Shown one piece after another: positions 9,852-19,408 of a stretch of 64,000 nucleotides of DNA (position 1 is the first letter of the stretch; every line of letters starts with the position of its first letter). A model generated the notes under the pieces. It saw only the letters and a program-made list of their open reading frames with translations. It searched no databases and was not told the DNA's origin. This DNA is from Hanamia sp. (lineage in GTDB: Bacteria; Bacteroidota; Bacteroidia; Chitinophagales; Chitinophagaceae): the NCBI GenBank assembly GCA_965276925.1, contig OZ255711.1:3724652-3788651 (forward strand), written 5' to 3'. The position numbers and the translations under genes were made by a program.

Positions 9852-11438
9852 CTATTTATGAATTTCGCTGGTAAAATGAAATTCAATATCAGGATTATTG
9901 GTTCTTTCGGTATTTAAAAACCATTCGCTTTGAGCAAGATATACTATGTGCCCATCCTTATCCTCCGCTATATTAGATGATTTAAATCTTATAAAATCCT
10001 GCAGCTTTTTCGGGTCGTTTGAGGTAAGCCAGCATGCCTTATAATATGGCAATGAGTTTAATTGTACAGAAGCGCTGTATTCATTCAGCAGACGATATTG
10101 TATCACTTCAAACTGAAGCTCGCCCACACAACCAATAATCTTTTTATTGCCCCCAAACTGTGTAAATAATTGAGCCACGCCCTCATCAGTCAATTGCAGC
10201 AAGCCTTTCTCGAGTTGCTTGGTTTTCATGGGATCTTTGTTCACCACTTCCTTAAATATTTCAGGAGAGAAAGACGGTATGCCCGTAAAATAAAAGTCTT
10301 CGCCTTCTGTAAGTGTATCGCCAATTTTAAAATTGCCTGTGTCAAATAAACCCACCACATCTCCCGGAAACGCTGATTCAATTACATCTTTATCTCTTGC
10401 TAAAAAACTATAGGGATTACTGAATCTTACATCTTTATGCAAGCGAACATGATGAAAATATTTGTTGCGCTCAAACTTGCCGGCGCACACTCTAAGGAAT
10501 GCAATTCTATCTCTGTGCCGCGGATCAAGGTTCGCATGAATTTTAAAAACAAACCCGCTGAACTTATCTTCTTCAGGCTCTACAACCCTTGTAGTTACTG
10601 CTCTGTGCTGGGGCAGTGGCGCTATTTGTATAAACGTTTCCAGCAGTTCTTTTACACCAAAATTATTTATAGCACTTCCGAAAAATACGGGAGCTACTTT
10701 TCCTTTTAAATATTCTTCCCGATTAAAATCTCCATAAACACCTTCAATTAATTCCACATCTTCTCTTAATTGCGCAGCATCTTTTTCACCAATTCTTGTT
10801 TGCAAAATCTCATCACTTAAATTGTCCAATGGCAGATAATCTTCTTCAGTCGCTTTCTGATTGGGATTGAACAGCAACAAACTTTTATCATACAAATTAT
10901 ATACTCCTTTAAAATCTCTCCCCATGTTTATAGGCCAGCTTAAAGGATGCAGGCTGATCTTCAATTCTAATTCTATCTCATCTAAAAGATCAAAAGGATT
11001 TTTACCATCGCGGTCAAGTTTATTCACAAACACGATCACCGGCGTATTGCGCATACGGCACACTTCCATCAATCTTCTTGTTTGCTCCTCCACACCTTTT
11101 ACGCAATCTATTACCAGAACTACGCTGTCAACAGCAGTTAAGGTGCGATAGGTATCTTCTGCAAAGTCTTTGTGGCCGGGCGTATCCAGCAGGTTCACCA
11201 AAATATTTTTATACTCAAAGCTCATTACAGATGTAGCAACAGAAATACCGCGTTGCCTTTCTATCTCCATAAAATCTGATGTGGCGTGCTTCTTTATCTT
11301 ATTACTTTTTACTGCACCTGCAGTTTGAATAGCGCCGCCAAATAATAAAAATTTTTCGGTTAATGTGGTCTTTCCTGCATCGGGATGTGAGATGATTGCA
11401 AACGTTCTGCGCTTCTCTATTTCATTCAAATATTTCAT
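9852..11438 (-). CDS. prfC: Peptide chain release factor 3
   Basis: [41 protein letters not shown] and NKLD GTPase motifs. The start is set at MKYLNE. Confidence 0.97.
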   Translation of the reverse strand: MKYLNEIEKRRTFAIISHPDAGKTTLTEKFLLFGGAIQTAGAVKSNKIKKHATSDFMEIERQRGISVATSVMSFEYKNILVNLLDTPGHKDFAEDTYRTLTAVDSVVLVIDCVKGVEEQTRRLMEVCRMRNTPVIVFVNKLDRDGKNPFDLLDEIELELKISLHPLSWPINMGRDFKGVYNLYDKSLLLFNPNQKATEEDYLPLDNLSDEILQTRIGEKDAAQLREDVELIEGVYGDFNREEYLKGKVAPVFFGSAINNFGVKELLETFIQIAPLPQHRAVTTRVVEPEEDKFSGFVFKIHANLDPRHRDRIAFLRVCAGKFERNKYFHHVRLHKDVRFSNPYSFLARDKDVIESAFPGDVVGLFDTGNFKIGDTLTEGEDFYFTGIPSFSPEIFKEVVNKDPMKTKQLEKGLLQLTDEGVAQLFTQFGGNKKIIGCVGELQFEVIQYRLLNEYSASVQLNSLPYYKACWLTSNDPKKLQDFIRFKSSNIAEDKDGHIVYLAQSEWFLNTERTNNPDIEFHFTSEIHK

Positions 11439-11446
11439 AAAAGCCG

Positions 11447-11454
11447 CAAAGGTA
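11447..11454 (-). promoter_or_regulatory. Bacteroidota primary-sigma -7 element (TACCTTTG) for prfC
   Basis: Matches TAnnTTTG 8 nt upstream of the ATG. Similar matches precede fsr (25324), higB (28124), the FAD/FeS oxidoreductase (33618), the M16 protease (40519), degT (47990), waaA (48055), sucD (53196) and tRNA-Val (56408). Confidence 0.65.
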
Positions 11455-11500
11455 GCAATCAATTTGACAATTGAGAATTGACAGAACAGACCGAAATGAA

Positions 11501-12268
11501 TTAATTGAAATTACTGCCAATTATGGCGCCATGAAGGCCGGCCACTGTTCTTAGCAAATTACATCGCTTCGTAAATTCTTCCCAAACGTTGTATATCGCA
11601 GTGTTTTCGAGGTTAAGCTTTGTATAATTTTCTAATGCAGCATCGCATAAGTCACTAAGCATTTTTCGCCTGTCGGCAAGTCCATCTCTGTAGCTAAGAA
11701 ATCTTTCATACTCGTCATCATAACACACAATGTTGATGGAATTGATCTCGTAATTATTTATTTGCCTTGTAGCTATATCGCTGTATTCATCATAAAGAGC
11801 GGTCATCTCTTCTTCATCCATAACGATGAAATCATTCACTTTTTTTTCAAGAATCTTAACATCGCCGTACAGCTTCAGCATATCTTTATGATGACTTTGC
11901 AAAAGCTCAGTTGTGTGCAACTGGCTTTCAGTAAGCTTTTCTAAACTTGCCTCTTCTACAAGATAAGTTGTTCCAGAAAGATTATCGGCCATCTCAGCGC
12001 ATTTTTTATAAACAGCAACCACATCTTCCAATTGCTTCCTCATTTCTTCCACCCCTTTATTTACAGGCACAGAAAATTTATACATTTCATCCACAAAATT
12101 CTGCACTTTAAGTTCAAAATCATGAAGCCTTATCAAGCCTTCAACCAATTGTTCATCTTCTTCTGTCATAATTGTTTTGCCTGGCTCGTAAATTATCTCA
12201 ATATTTCTGCAAGCATGTTTTATAATTTCTTTCTTTACTTCTTGCTGGGACTCTGACATTGTATACAT
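11501..12268 (-). CDS. Hypothetical acidic, helical/coiled-coil protein
   Basis: A 255-aa ORF filling the gap, rich in E/K/L heptads, with no motif I recognise. Confidence 0.65.
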   Translation of the reverse strand: MYTMSESQQEVKKEIIKHACRNIEIIYEPGKTIMTEEDEQLVEGLIRLHDFELKVQNFVDEMYKFSVPVNKGVEEMRKQLEDVVAVYKKCAEMADNLSGTTYLVEEASLEKLTESQLHTTELLQSHHKDMLKLYGDVKILEKKVNDFIVMDEEEMTALYDEYSDIATRQINNYEINSINIVCYDDEYERFLSYRDGLADRRKMLSDLCDAALENYTKLNLENTAIYNVWEEFTKRCNLLRTVAGLHGAIIGSNFN

Positions 12269-12418
12269 AATTATTAAAGGGATGTTTATAAAAAACGCAT
12301 CAATAATTCATTTATTATTTATAAAAAATAAAATAATTTTCAGGAGAAGCGTATTTCGTCTATATGATAACCGTTACCTTACAGGTGTTATTATATTTTG
12401 TAATACTTGCCTCACCCA

Positions 12419-12931
12419 TTATTTCGGGCTGGTAGTTACAGAGCCCGCTCCGTTGCTGTTCTTTTCGTAGGTATCGTATTGAGGTGAACTGCTCCCAAGC
12501 CTTGTGTCAAGAGAGGGTGTTGAAGGCGGCCTTGCAACAGTTGGTTGTTTTTGTGGTACAGGCGCTTGTACAGTTGCCGTAATTGTTTTTGTACTAAGTG
12601 TGTCTTTTACCGCAGATGATGTTTGTATTTTGGATACTGTGGCAGTGGTTGGCATCACTTTTTCGGCAGTATCAATAACTGGTTTGGGTGGTGGCTTTGG
12701 CAGTACAGGTTGTGCAATAACAACCGGAGGAGGGCTTACCCGTGGCGCCGGTGCAGCATATACAGGGGTAGTAATTTTTTTAGCGGTATCAACGGCATTT
12801 TGCGGGTGCGGATAATATTTATCAAGAAGCGGATGGTCTGAAGTTGGTGTGTTTTGCGGGAAGGCTACAACGAAAGCACACATACAAATGCAGGTAAATA
12901 AAAATCTCATTATTTTATACCGCATAATCAT
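12419..12931 (-). CDS. Hypothetical secreted Pro/Thr-rich protein
   Basis: Hydrophobic N-terminal signal, low-complexity P/T/V core, and a C-terminal DTRLGSSSPQYDTYEKNSNGAGSVTTSPK segment. Confidence 0.65.
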   Translation of the reverse strand: MIMRYKIMRFLFTCICMCAFVVAFPQNTPTSDHPLLDKYYPHPQNAVDTAKKITTPVYAAPAPRVSPPPVVIAQPVLPKPPPKPVIDTAEKVMPTTATVSKIQTSSAVKDTLSTKTITATVQAPVPQKQPTVARPPSTPSLDTRLGSSSPQYDTYEKNSNGAGSVTTSPK

Positions 12932-13029
12932 TTACTTAAAGTTATAACATATTCATTTCATTAAGAACAATGAAACGTATGCAGCAGTAATTTTTGATTT
13001 TATTTAACCTTGCAATAAAGTATAGGTAT

Positions 13030-13671
13030 TTATATCGCCTTATTTTTTTTATACAAGTTTTGCTTTTCTGTTTTTTTTGCAATAACATTTCCAATTGCAA
13101 TTACAATTAGAGATACGACTAGAAATAATAAAGTGATTCCTGCACAATTAATAAGTACCGTTTTCATTCCCAGTTTGTTTACCGTAAGAAAAGGATAAGG
13201 ATAAAAACCTGATAAGCCGCCCCTTATTAGAACAAAGAAGATATATACCAAAGGATAAATAAGCCACTGCCCTATCGCATTTATCTTTAAACGGATGGTA
13301 TTGTTATACATGAGCCAGTAAATAATAAACAACAAAGGGTTTATCAGATGAAGTAACTCATCAACGATCATTTGCAGGCCCTGAGGATTCCAGATAAAAC
13401 GAAGTATCGTATTGTAAATAAGCGAAACTATAAATATATAAACTGCTACCGCAGACACTGTTTTTTGCCTTGCAAAAAAATGATCAGGGTTTATTAATAA
13501 AAATATACAGCACAATAAAACTGCTATGTTACTATCAAGGGTAAAATAACTGAAATATCTTATAACCACTTCACCGGCAGAAGCGATGCCACTATGCAGG
13601 CTTATAAAAAATTGAGTGATCAGCGCAAAGCATTCCAATACTAAAAGCACCACCAGTATTGTTTTTCGCAC
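13030..13671 (-). CDS. Pr6Pr-family integral membrane protein
   Basis: About 6 TM segments with YFSYFT..SN, LLH...P and R..LSGFYPYPFL motifs. GTG start. Confidence 0.75.
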   Translation of the reverse strand: MRKTILVVLLVLECFALITQFFISLHSGIASAGEVVIRYFSYFTLDSNIAVLLCCIFLLINPDHFFARQKTVSAVAVYIFIVSLIYNTILRFIWNPQGLQMIVDELLHLINPLLFIIYWLMYNNTIRLKINAIGQWLIYPLVYIFFVLIRGGLSGFYPYPFLTVNKLGMKTVLINCAGITLLFLVVSLIVIAIGNVIAKKTEKQNLYKKNKAI

Positions 13672-13797
13672 TTTAATTGATGTTTGAAAGTTGATAATAT
13701 TATGTAAGAAAAAAGTTCCTGCAATAATTAAAAAAGCATAGTCTTTATGAACGTATCTCCGGTTGCAGCCTAACAGTTATGCAGCACATGTTATCTA

Positions 13798-14691
13798 TCA
13801 CATCTGCCGGAAGCTTTGACCCATAAACTCAAGCGCATCCGTAATGCCGGTGCGCCAATACGTCCAGTTATGCGCTCCGTTTCTTACCCTAAACTCATGG
13901 GGAACTTTCTTTTCAGTTAATGCAATATGTACCAGGTAGTTGCCTTTGCTTAAAAAATCGTCGTCGCCACAATCAATCCAGTAGCGCACTTTACTTAGCT
14001 CTGTCTGCGATTTTGTATCTATAATTTTTAAAACAGAATTATCATAAAAAGCTTTGGAGAGCCTGTCTTTCCCTTTGAGCCCGCGACCAAAAAGCTGCGC
14101 AAAAGTCTGGTTGTAACTTGCATCTGGCATGTTAGTAAAAGTGTCATCATCAAACACTGCAGCGCTGAAAGGCGCACATGCAGCAAATAGCTCAGGATAT
14201 TTTAATGCATAAATAAATGTGCCGTACCCGCCCATGGAAAGGCCTGCGACGCCGCGGTATCTTTTCTCAGCTTTTATTCTGAAATTTTTTTCAACCACAG
14301 GCATAAATTCTTTTATAAAAAAATCCTCATACTTCTCTTTTCCATCATAGCTGTTAATGTAAAAGCTGGAATCACCGTTAGGCATCACAATAATCATTGG
14401 CGGAATGGTACCATCAGCAATGGCTTTATCAGCATAGCGGTTTATTTCGCCAAACTGCACCCAGCCTGTGTTATCATCGGAGTAGCCGTGTAAAAGATAC
14501 ACAACAGGATACCACCTTTCAGATGTGTTATAGTCAGGAGGCAGGTACACACTGTATGCTACACTTTTATTAAGGATACTGCTTTTTATGCTTAGCTTCT
14601 CCACCACTTTGCCGGCATTTTGGCTGTATATATTTGTTATAAATAAAAAAGAAATTAACAGAGCAAAAGGTCTTTTAAAGCTTGCAGTCAT
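13798..14691 (-). CDS. Secreted alpha/beta-hydrolase esterase (putative esterase family)
   Basis: YSVYLPPDY, YLLHG, the GLSMGG nucleophile elbow, DCGDDD and GAHNWTYW. The start is set at MTASFK. Confidence 0.88.
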   Translation of the reverse strand: MTASFKRPFALLISFLFITNIYSQNAGKVVEKLSIKSSILNKSVAYSVYLPPDYNTSERWYPVVYLLHGYSDDNTGWVQFGEINRYADKAIADGTIPPMIIVMPNGDSSFYINSYDGKEKYEDFFIKEFMPVVEKNFRIKAEKRYRGVAGLSMGGYGTFIYALKYPELFAACAPFSAAVFDDDTFTNMPDASYNQTFAQLFGRGLKGKDRLSKAFYDNSVLKIIDTKSQTELSKVRYWIDCGDDDFLSKGNYLVHIALTEKKVPHEFRVRNGAHNWTYWRTGITDALEFMGQSFRQM

Positions 14692-14800
14692 ATCGTAAAA
14701 TTTTGTTTGTAAATGTATATAACAAATCATTTATTGTACAATCATTTTATGCAAAAAAATAAAGGTTATTCTTCTGTAACTTCGGCTATAACTATCGAAT

Positions 14801-15589
14801 ATGAAAATAGCTTTAGCCTCGCCACATTTGCCTGAAAGCATTGCTGATGGGCTGGAAACTTTAAAAGAAATGGTGAAGGAAGCGGCTGCCCGAAGGGCGG
14901 AGATCATCTGCTTTCCTGAATCATACATTCCCGGGTATCCACTCAAAGAACATACTGTGGAAAACAGCTCGGAGCAAAAAATGAAAGATGCATTACAGAA
15001 GGCTTGCGCAATCGCAAAAGAAAATTCAATTGCGATAATATTACCAATGGATTGGTATCATAATAATGAAGCGCTCAATGTTGCCTTTGTAATATCTCCG
15101 GATGGTAAAGTAATGGGCTATCAAACAAAGAACCAACTGGATCCTTCGGAAGATACAAGATGGTTGCCAGGCACAAAAAGAAACATTTTTGAATTGAATG
15201 GCGTACGGTTTGGCATTGTTATATGTCATGAAGGCTTTCGCTATCCTGAAACTGTAAGATGGGCGGCGAGGCATGGCGCTGCAATTGTTTTTCATCCTCA
15301 CTGCACAGGAAGTAATGTGAGCGGCGGCCAGCTTACCGAATGGGGTAATAAAAACAATCCTTATTATGAAAAGGCAATAATGATGCGCGCACTTGAAAAC
15401 ACTATATATTTTGCAGGAGTAAATTATACAATGACCTATCCTGAATCAGCAACTGCATTGATTGCCCCCGACGGACGCTGCATTGCATACGAGAAATATA
15501 ACCACGAAGCAGTATTAATTGCAGATATTGATCCGGCAAATGCTACAGGCCTGCTGGCACATAGGTTCAGACCAGAAGCGTATGGTTGA
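14801..15589 (+). CDS. Carbon-nitrogen hydrolase (nitrilase family)
   Basis: Catalytic E-K-C triad in FPESY, QTKNQL and ICHEG. Confidence 0.9.
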   Translation: MKIALASPHLPESIADGLETLKEMVKEAAARRAEIICFPESYIPGYPLKEHTVENSSEQKMKDALQKACAIAKENSIAIILPMDWYHNNEALNVAFVISPDGKVMGYQTKNQLDPSEDTRWLPGTKRNIFELNGVRFGIVICHEGFRYPETVRWAARHGAAIVFHPHCTGSNVSGGQLTEWGNKNNPYYEKAIMMRALENTIYFAGVNYTMTYPESATALIAPDGRCIAYEKYNHEAVLIADIDPANATGLLAHRFRPEAYG

Positions 15590-15686
15590 GTGGTTGAGTG
15601 GTTGAGTGGTTGAGTGGTTGAATGGTTGAATGGTTGAATTGTTGAATGGTTATGGGTTGAATGGTTAAATTGTTTAATTGGTTGAA
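15583..15686. repeat. 8-mer tandem repeat array (TGGTTGAG)x4, (TGGTTGAA)x3, then degenerate units; about 13 units
   Basis: Read directly. The first unit contains the TGA stop of the nitrilase gene. Confidence 0.95.
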
Positions 15687-15813
15687 TGGGTAGGTTATCA
15701 TAGCTTTTATTATTCACTATTCAGAAAAAGAGCAAGCCTGCCTGCTAACAGACAAGGCTTCATAAAAACCAAATATATTTTTCTTTTATTCTAATATTAA
15801 TCAAAAGATCTTA

Positions 15814-15828
15814 TGGCGTTTTATTTGT
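15814..15828 (+). promoter_or_regulatory. Sigma54-like -24/-12 motif TGGC-N7-TTGT
   Basis: The spacing matches TGGC-N7-TTGC, 31 nt upstream of the small ORF at 15860. Confidence 0.4.
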
Positions 15829-15859
15829 TTATAAAATATAAAACTTATAAAATATTTAT

Positions 15860-16027
15860 ATGAAAGAAAAACAAAAAGATAATGCCAGCACAGAAAGTGA
15901 AAAAACTATAGAGAGAGGTAAGGATGCAGTAAAAGCTCACGAAAAAATATTTGATGATAAAAAGGGCGGCGATAAAAAAAATAAAGACAAGGAAAAAGAT
16001 GCTGAGCAATGGCATAACGAAGGATAA
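15860..16027 (+). CDS. Small hydrophilic protein (55 aa)
   Basis: Not in the ORF track: MKEKQKDNASTESEKTIERGKDAVKAHEKIFDDKKGGDKKNKDKEKDAEQWHNEG*. It has an AT-rich leader and is followed by a terminator. Confidence 0.7.
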   Translation: MKEKQKDNASTESEKTIERGKDAVKAHEKIFDDKKGGDKKNKDKEKDAEQWHNEG

Positions 16028-16038
16028 CAGCGTTCAAT

Positions 16039-16066
16039 AAAAAAGCCACCTCACGGTGGCTTTTTT
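16039..16066. terminator. Bidirectional intrinsic terminator
   Basis: AAAAAAGCCACC-TCAC-GGTGGCTTTTTT between convergent genes. Confidence 0.85.
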
Positions 16067-16102
16067 GGAAAATCCAAATCCCCTTAAAAAATGGTTTCAC
16101 CT

Positions 16103-16444
16103 TTATTGCGTAGAATCAGAAGTATTGCTCCTCATCTTACTTTTACTTTTCATCTTCGTTCCCTTTTTGTTGCCCGTATTATCCCAGGTACCATTACCGG
16201 TAGTTCTGTCAAGACCGTTAGTACCGTTAGATGTTACATGCTTGTTGCTGCTGCTGCTATTACCCGGGCTTGAGATGTCGCCAGCGCCAGTGCTGTCGGT
16301 TGTTCTGTGGCTTCTGTGCATGTGCATTTTTGAAGAGCTACTGCTTCTCATGTGGCTTGTGCCATCAGAGCTTGTATCGCTCTGGCTAAACCCGGTTGTT
16401 GCCACTGCAAGAGCAAATGCTGTTATAAAAAGTTTTGCTTTCAT
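16103..16444 (-). CDS. Secreted low-complexity hydrophilin-like protein (113 aa)
   Basis: The real start is probably MKAKLFITAFALAVATTGFSQ (signal peptide), followed by an S/T/G/N/K-rich tail. The longer called ORF overlaps the end of the upstream gene. Confidence 0.7.
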   Translation of the reverse strand: MKAKLFITAFALAVATTGFSQSDTSSDGTSHMRSSSSSKMHMHRSHRTTDSTGAGDISSPGNSSSSNKHVTSNGTNGLDRTTGNGTWDNTGNKKGTKMKSKSKMRSNTSDSTQ

Positions 16445-16466
16445 TTTTATCTTTTTAAATATAAAA

Positions 16467-17132
16467 TTACTTTTTACCCTTTCCTTCTTCCTCTTCTTCA
16501 TCCTCATCTTCCTCTTCTGATTCATCATCATCTTCTTCTTCATCATCTTCGCCCTCTTCGTCGTCTTCTCCTGCGGCTTCTATATTTATTGTTGATTCAG
16601 CCAGATCAGTATATTTGCTGTCTGCTTCTTTTTCTTCCTCAAGTGTTTGCTGTAAAAGATCGGCAATCTCATCTTCACCCAATGTTTTTGCAAAAGCGCA
16701 TAAAGTTCCATAGCTGGCTATTTCATAATGCTCTACCTTTTGCCCTGCAGAAATAATTCCTGCATCTCTTACCATACCTTCTTCAGTGCTGTCCATTATT
16801 TCCTGTGCTTCTTTTACCAAACCTTCCATGGCTTCACATTTTTTAGCGCGTGCAGGCTTTTCCATCATTTCAAAAACTTTTTCTATACGCTCCACATGTC
16901 CCTGCGTTTGCTCAAGATGTTCATTTATGGCATCAGCCAATTCCTGCGAGGTGGCATTTTTGGCCATTTTTGGCAATGCTTTCGTAAGATGTTTTTCGGC
17001 CCAGTAAATATCTTTAAGTTCATCTTCAAAAAGCTGCCTCAGGCCATCAGCAACAGATGATGAGTTTGTTTTAGGAGATTTTTTAGCACCGGCGCTTGCT
17101 CCTTTTTTTGGAGATTTTGTAGTAGTCTTCAT
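16467..17132 (-). CDS. Ferritin-like DUF892 (YciE/YciF family) protein with basic N-tail and acidic C-tail
   Basis: ELKDIYWAEK, HLEQT..HVERIE..F, KKCEAMEGL and QKVEHYEIASYGTL motifs. Confidence 0.9.
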   Translation of the reverse strand: MKTTTKSPKKGASAGAKKSPKTNSSSVADGLRQLFEDELKDIYWAEKHLTKALPKMAKNATSQELADAINEHLEQTQGHVERIEKVFEMMEKPARAKKCEAMEGLVKEAQEIMDSTEEGMVRDAGIISAGQKVEHYEIASYGTLCAFAKTLGEDEIADLLQQTLEEEKEADSKYTDLAESTINIEAAGEDDEEGEDDEEEDDDESEEEDEDEEEEEGKGKK

Positions 17133-17161
17133 ATAAAATTATTTTGCTTTCCTTTCTTCGT

Positions 17162-17176
17162 TCAGAAAATATGCCG
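17162..17176 (-). promoter_or_regulatory. Sigma54-like -24/-12 motif CGGC-N7-CTGA
   Basis: 29 nt upstream of the DUF892 ATG, with an imperfect -12 box. Confidence 0.35.
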
Positions 17177-17372
17177 CAATAAATTTATCTGATGAGGTAT
17201 AGCGCTAAAAACGTTATTGTACGCCAAAGTGTACAGTTTTCAACAGGCAAAAATTAATTGTTGATATTATACTACATTATTACATTTTGGTTTCGAAATG
17301 CCAAAGCAAAGCGTTATTATTTTTATGTAAATAACAGTTATGCTGTATGCGGAAAATAAATTTACTTGGTTT

Positions 17373-19256
17373 TTATTCAGGGAAATAACAATGAAAAGAG
17401 GCGCCTGCGCCTTGTGTGCTTTCTGCAGTTATAAAGCCGTCGTGCATATCCATTATTTTTTTGCTTATGGCCAAACCAACACCGGAGCCCTTTAGCTTTT
17501 TTTCATGAATGCGGTAAAATATTCCAAAAATATTTTCGATCTCTTCCGCAGGAATGCCTATGCCATTATCACTTATAGTTATTTCATGATACTGTACATT
17601 TTCTACCGCATCTTTATGGGATATTGCAAGGCCGGGCACATGCTGCCTGCAGGAAACAGATATTTCATGCGCCTTATCTGCCTTTCTGAATTTTATGGCA
17701 TTATCAATCAGGTTATGAAACAGGAGCGAGATAAGAAACGGATACCCGGTTACCTGATCCAGTTGTTTACAAATAAAAATTATAGAAAATTTTTCCAGCT
17801 GCTCATCAAAATCTCCGAGTATGTTTTTTATAATAACATTCAGGTCTACTTTTTCTTTTCTTAAATCAATTTCCTTGAGCAACATGTAACTGCGCAGGTC
17901 ATCGGTAAGCAGCTTCATTTTTTGTATGGCAGCCTGTGCCCTGCGCACATTTGCACGGCCTGCATTAGAAAGATTCCTGGCATCATTGGTTACCACAGAT
18001 TCCAGGTAAATGTAAAGCTGGCGCAGGGTTTCAGTATAATTGCTGGCTGCAACGGTGCTGAATGTATTTAATTCGGTGTTTAAAGAAGCAAGCTGCCTGT
18101 TTTTATGCAGCAATGAATCGTTAAGTTCCTTTATTTTTTCATTGGCTTTTTTCTTATGAGTTATATCCTGCGCTATACAGGTTTTTTCAATCGCCTTACC
18201 ATTTTCATCTCTTTTAAAAACCGTGTTCCTGTCTCTGAACCACCATATAATTCCGGTGGCATCTATCATGCGATATTCTATTTCTCTTACTTCTGTGTCT
18301 GAGGCATCTTTCATTGCGTCTACATGAGCAATTATAGCGGGCACATCTGAGGGGTACATGATATCTAAAAACGGATTTTGCATTCTTTCAATAGCTTCTT
18401 CAGTGTATCCTAAAATTTTGGCTACAGAATAATTAGAATAAATAATTTCTTTTGTTTCTATCACCATAATAGAAAGAATATCTGCCAGCCCTTCATTTAT
18501 TTTTTGTATAAAATGCGCCTGTTCTTTTATTTTTACTTCGGCTTCTTTTTCGTTGTGAATATTATAAAACACCACAATTACCCCATCGTTATATGGTGAG
18601 GCAGAAAGATGCACCCACTCGCGCGTAACGGGGCACATAACGTCGGAAATAACCCTGTTGCCATCTTTGGCGTTTATAGTTAATTTCTGGTACTCGCTGT
18701 CAGCGTATTGCGGAAAAACATCCCATATACAATTGTTTAAAAGGCTGGTGCGCTGAACGCCCCAATGATTTTCTGCACGCTCATTTACCCGCCTGAAAAC
18801 AAAATTTTTATCCAGCTCAAAAAAACTTTCGTTCATCACTTCTAATATTATCTCTGCGCTTTTTTGTTCTGTTATATCATCCAGTATGCTCATTATCTTA
18901 AAATCATTATCGCGCCAGGGAGATAACTGCATGATGTGATTCACATAAATATATTTTCTGTTCCTGGTTATAATCCTGTACTCTGTAGAGCATTGCTTGC
19001 CTGTAAGCATTACCATTTCTTCGGCTTGTATAAGTTTATATAAATCTTTGGGGTGAACAAACTGCCGCCATCTTTGCACAGTAAGAAGTTCTGTATAAGG
19101 CTCTAATTCTAATAAATTATAAATGGAATGTGAAGCAGTAATTTTTTTAGTATTCACCGATGTCCACATGTAGCCAAAATGGGTAAATTCCAGCAATGTG
19201 TTCGATGGAGAATGGTGCTGCTTCATATCCAGCAATAAATCTGAATGGGTGCTCAT
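17373..19256 (-). CDS. Multi-PAS sensor histidine kinase-like protein lacking the H-box His
   Basis: Three PAS/PAC-like segments and an intact N (NLIDNAIKF), G1 (DNGIG), F and G2 (GSGVGL) box. The H-box region reads VAASNYTETLR versus the usual VASHDLQEPLR. Confidence 0.85.
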   Translation of the reverse strand: MSTHSDLLLDMKQHHSPSNTLLEFTHFGYMWTSVNTKKITASHSIYNLLELEPYTELLTVQRWRQFVHPKDLYKLIQAEEMVMLTGKQCSTEYRIITRNRKYIYVNHIMQLSPWRDNDFKIMSILDDITEQKSAEIILEVMNESFFELDKNFVFRRVNERAENHWGVQRTSLLNNCIWDVFPQYADSEYQKLTINAKDGNRVISDVMCPVTREWVHLSASPYNDGVIVVFYNIHNEKEAEVKIKEQAHFIQKINEGLADILSIMVIETKEIIYSNYSVAKILGYTEEAIERMQNPFLDIMYPSDVPAIIAHVDAMKDASDTEVREIEYRMIDATGIIWWFRDRNTVFKRDENGKAIEKTCIAQDITHKKKANEKIKELNDSLLHKNRQLASLNTELNTFSTVAASNYTETLRQLYIYLESVVTNDARNLSNAGRANVRRAQAAIQKMKLLTDDLRSYMLLKEIDLRKEKVDLNVIIKNILGDFDEQLEKFSIIFICKQLDQVTGYPFLISLLFHNLIDNAIKFRKADKAHEISVSCRQHVPGLAISHKDAVENVQYHEITISDNGIGIPAEEIENIFGIFYRIHEKKLKGSGVGLAISKKIMDMHDGFITAESTQGAGASFHCYFPE

Positions 19257-19408
19257 TGATCTTTTTAATAAACAGAAAATAAATAAATGCCTTACAAACA
19301 GGCGTGCAATAAGCTATGTGCTAAGTAGCGTTATATTAAATAACTATGTAAGAGTCTCTCGCAAAAAATAAGCAATGCGGTAATCAAATATACTGGTATA
19401 AATCTGTT

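Noticed and set aside
8499-11438. Functional link between the TAG-interrupted gene and the adjacent release factor RF3
   Set aside because: Only adjacency supports it. The genes are convergent, and RF3 is a housekeeping factor without codon specificity.
15583-15686. CRISPR array
   Set aside because: The units are 8-mers with no unique spacers, and there are no cas genes.
15734-15760. Imperfect hairpin AAGCCTGCCTG-CTAA-CAGACAAGGCTT
   Set aside because: It may be a decayed repeat unit or a weak terminator, but it is a single degenerate copy with no U-tract and cannot be classified.
16056-16756. Plus-strand ORFs 16056-16520, 16091-16273 and 16352-16756, and the poly-M/K extension of 16103-16546
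   Set aside because: These are shadows of the low-complexity hydrophilin and the acidic DUF892 tail. The real gene starts at 16444.
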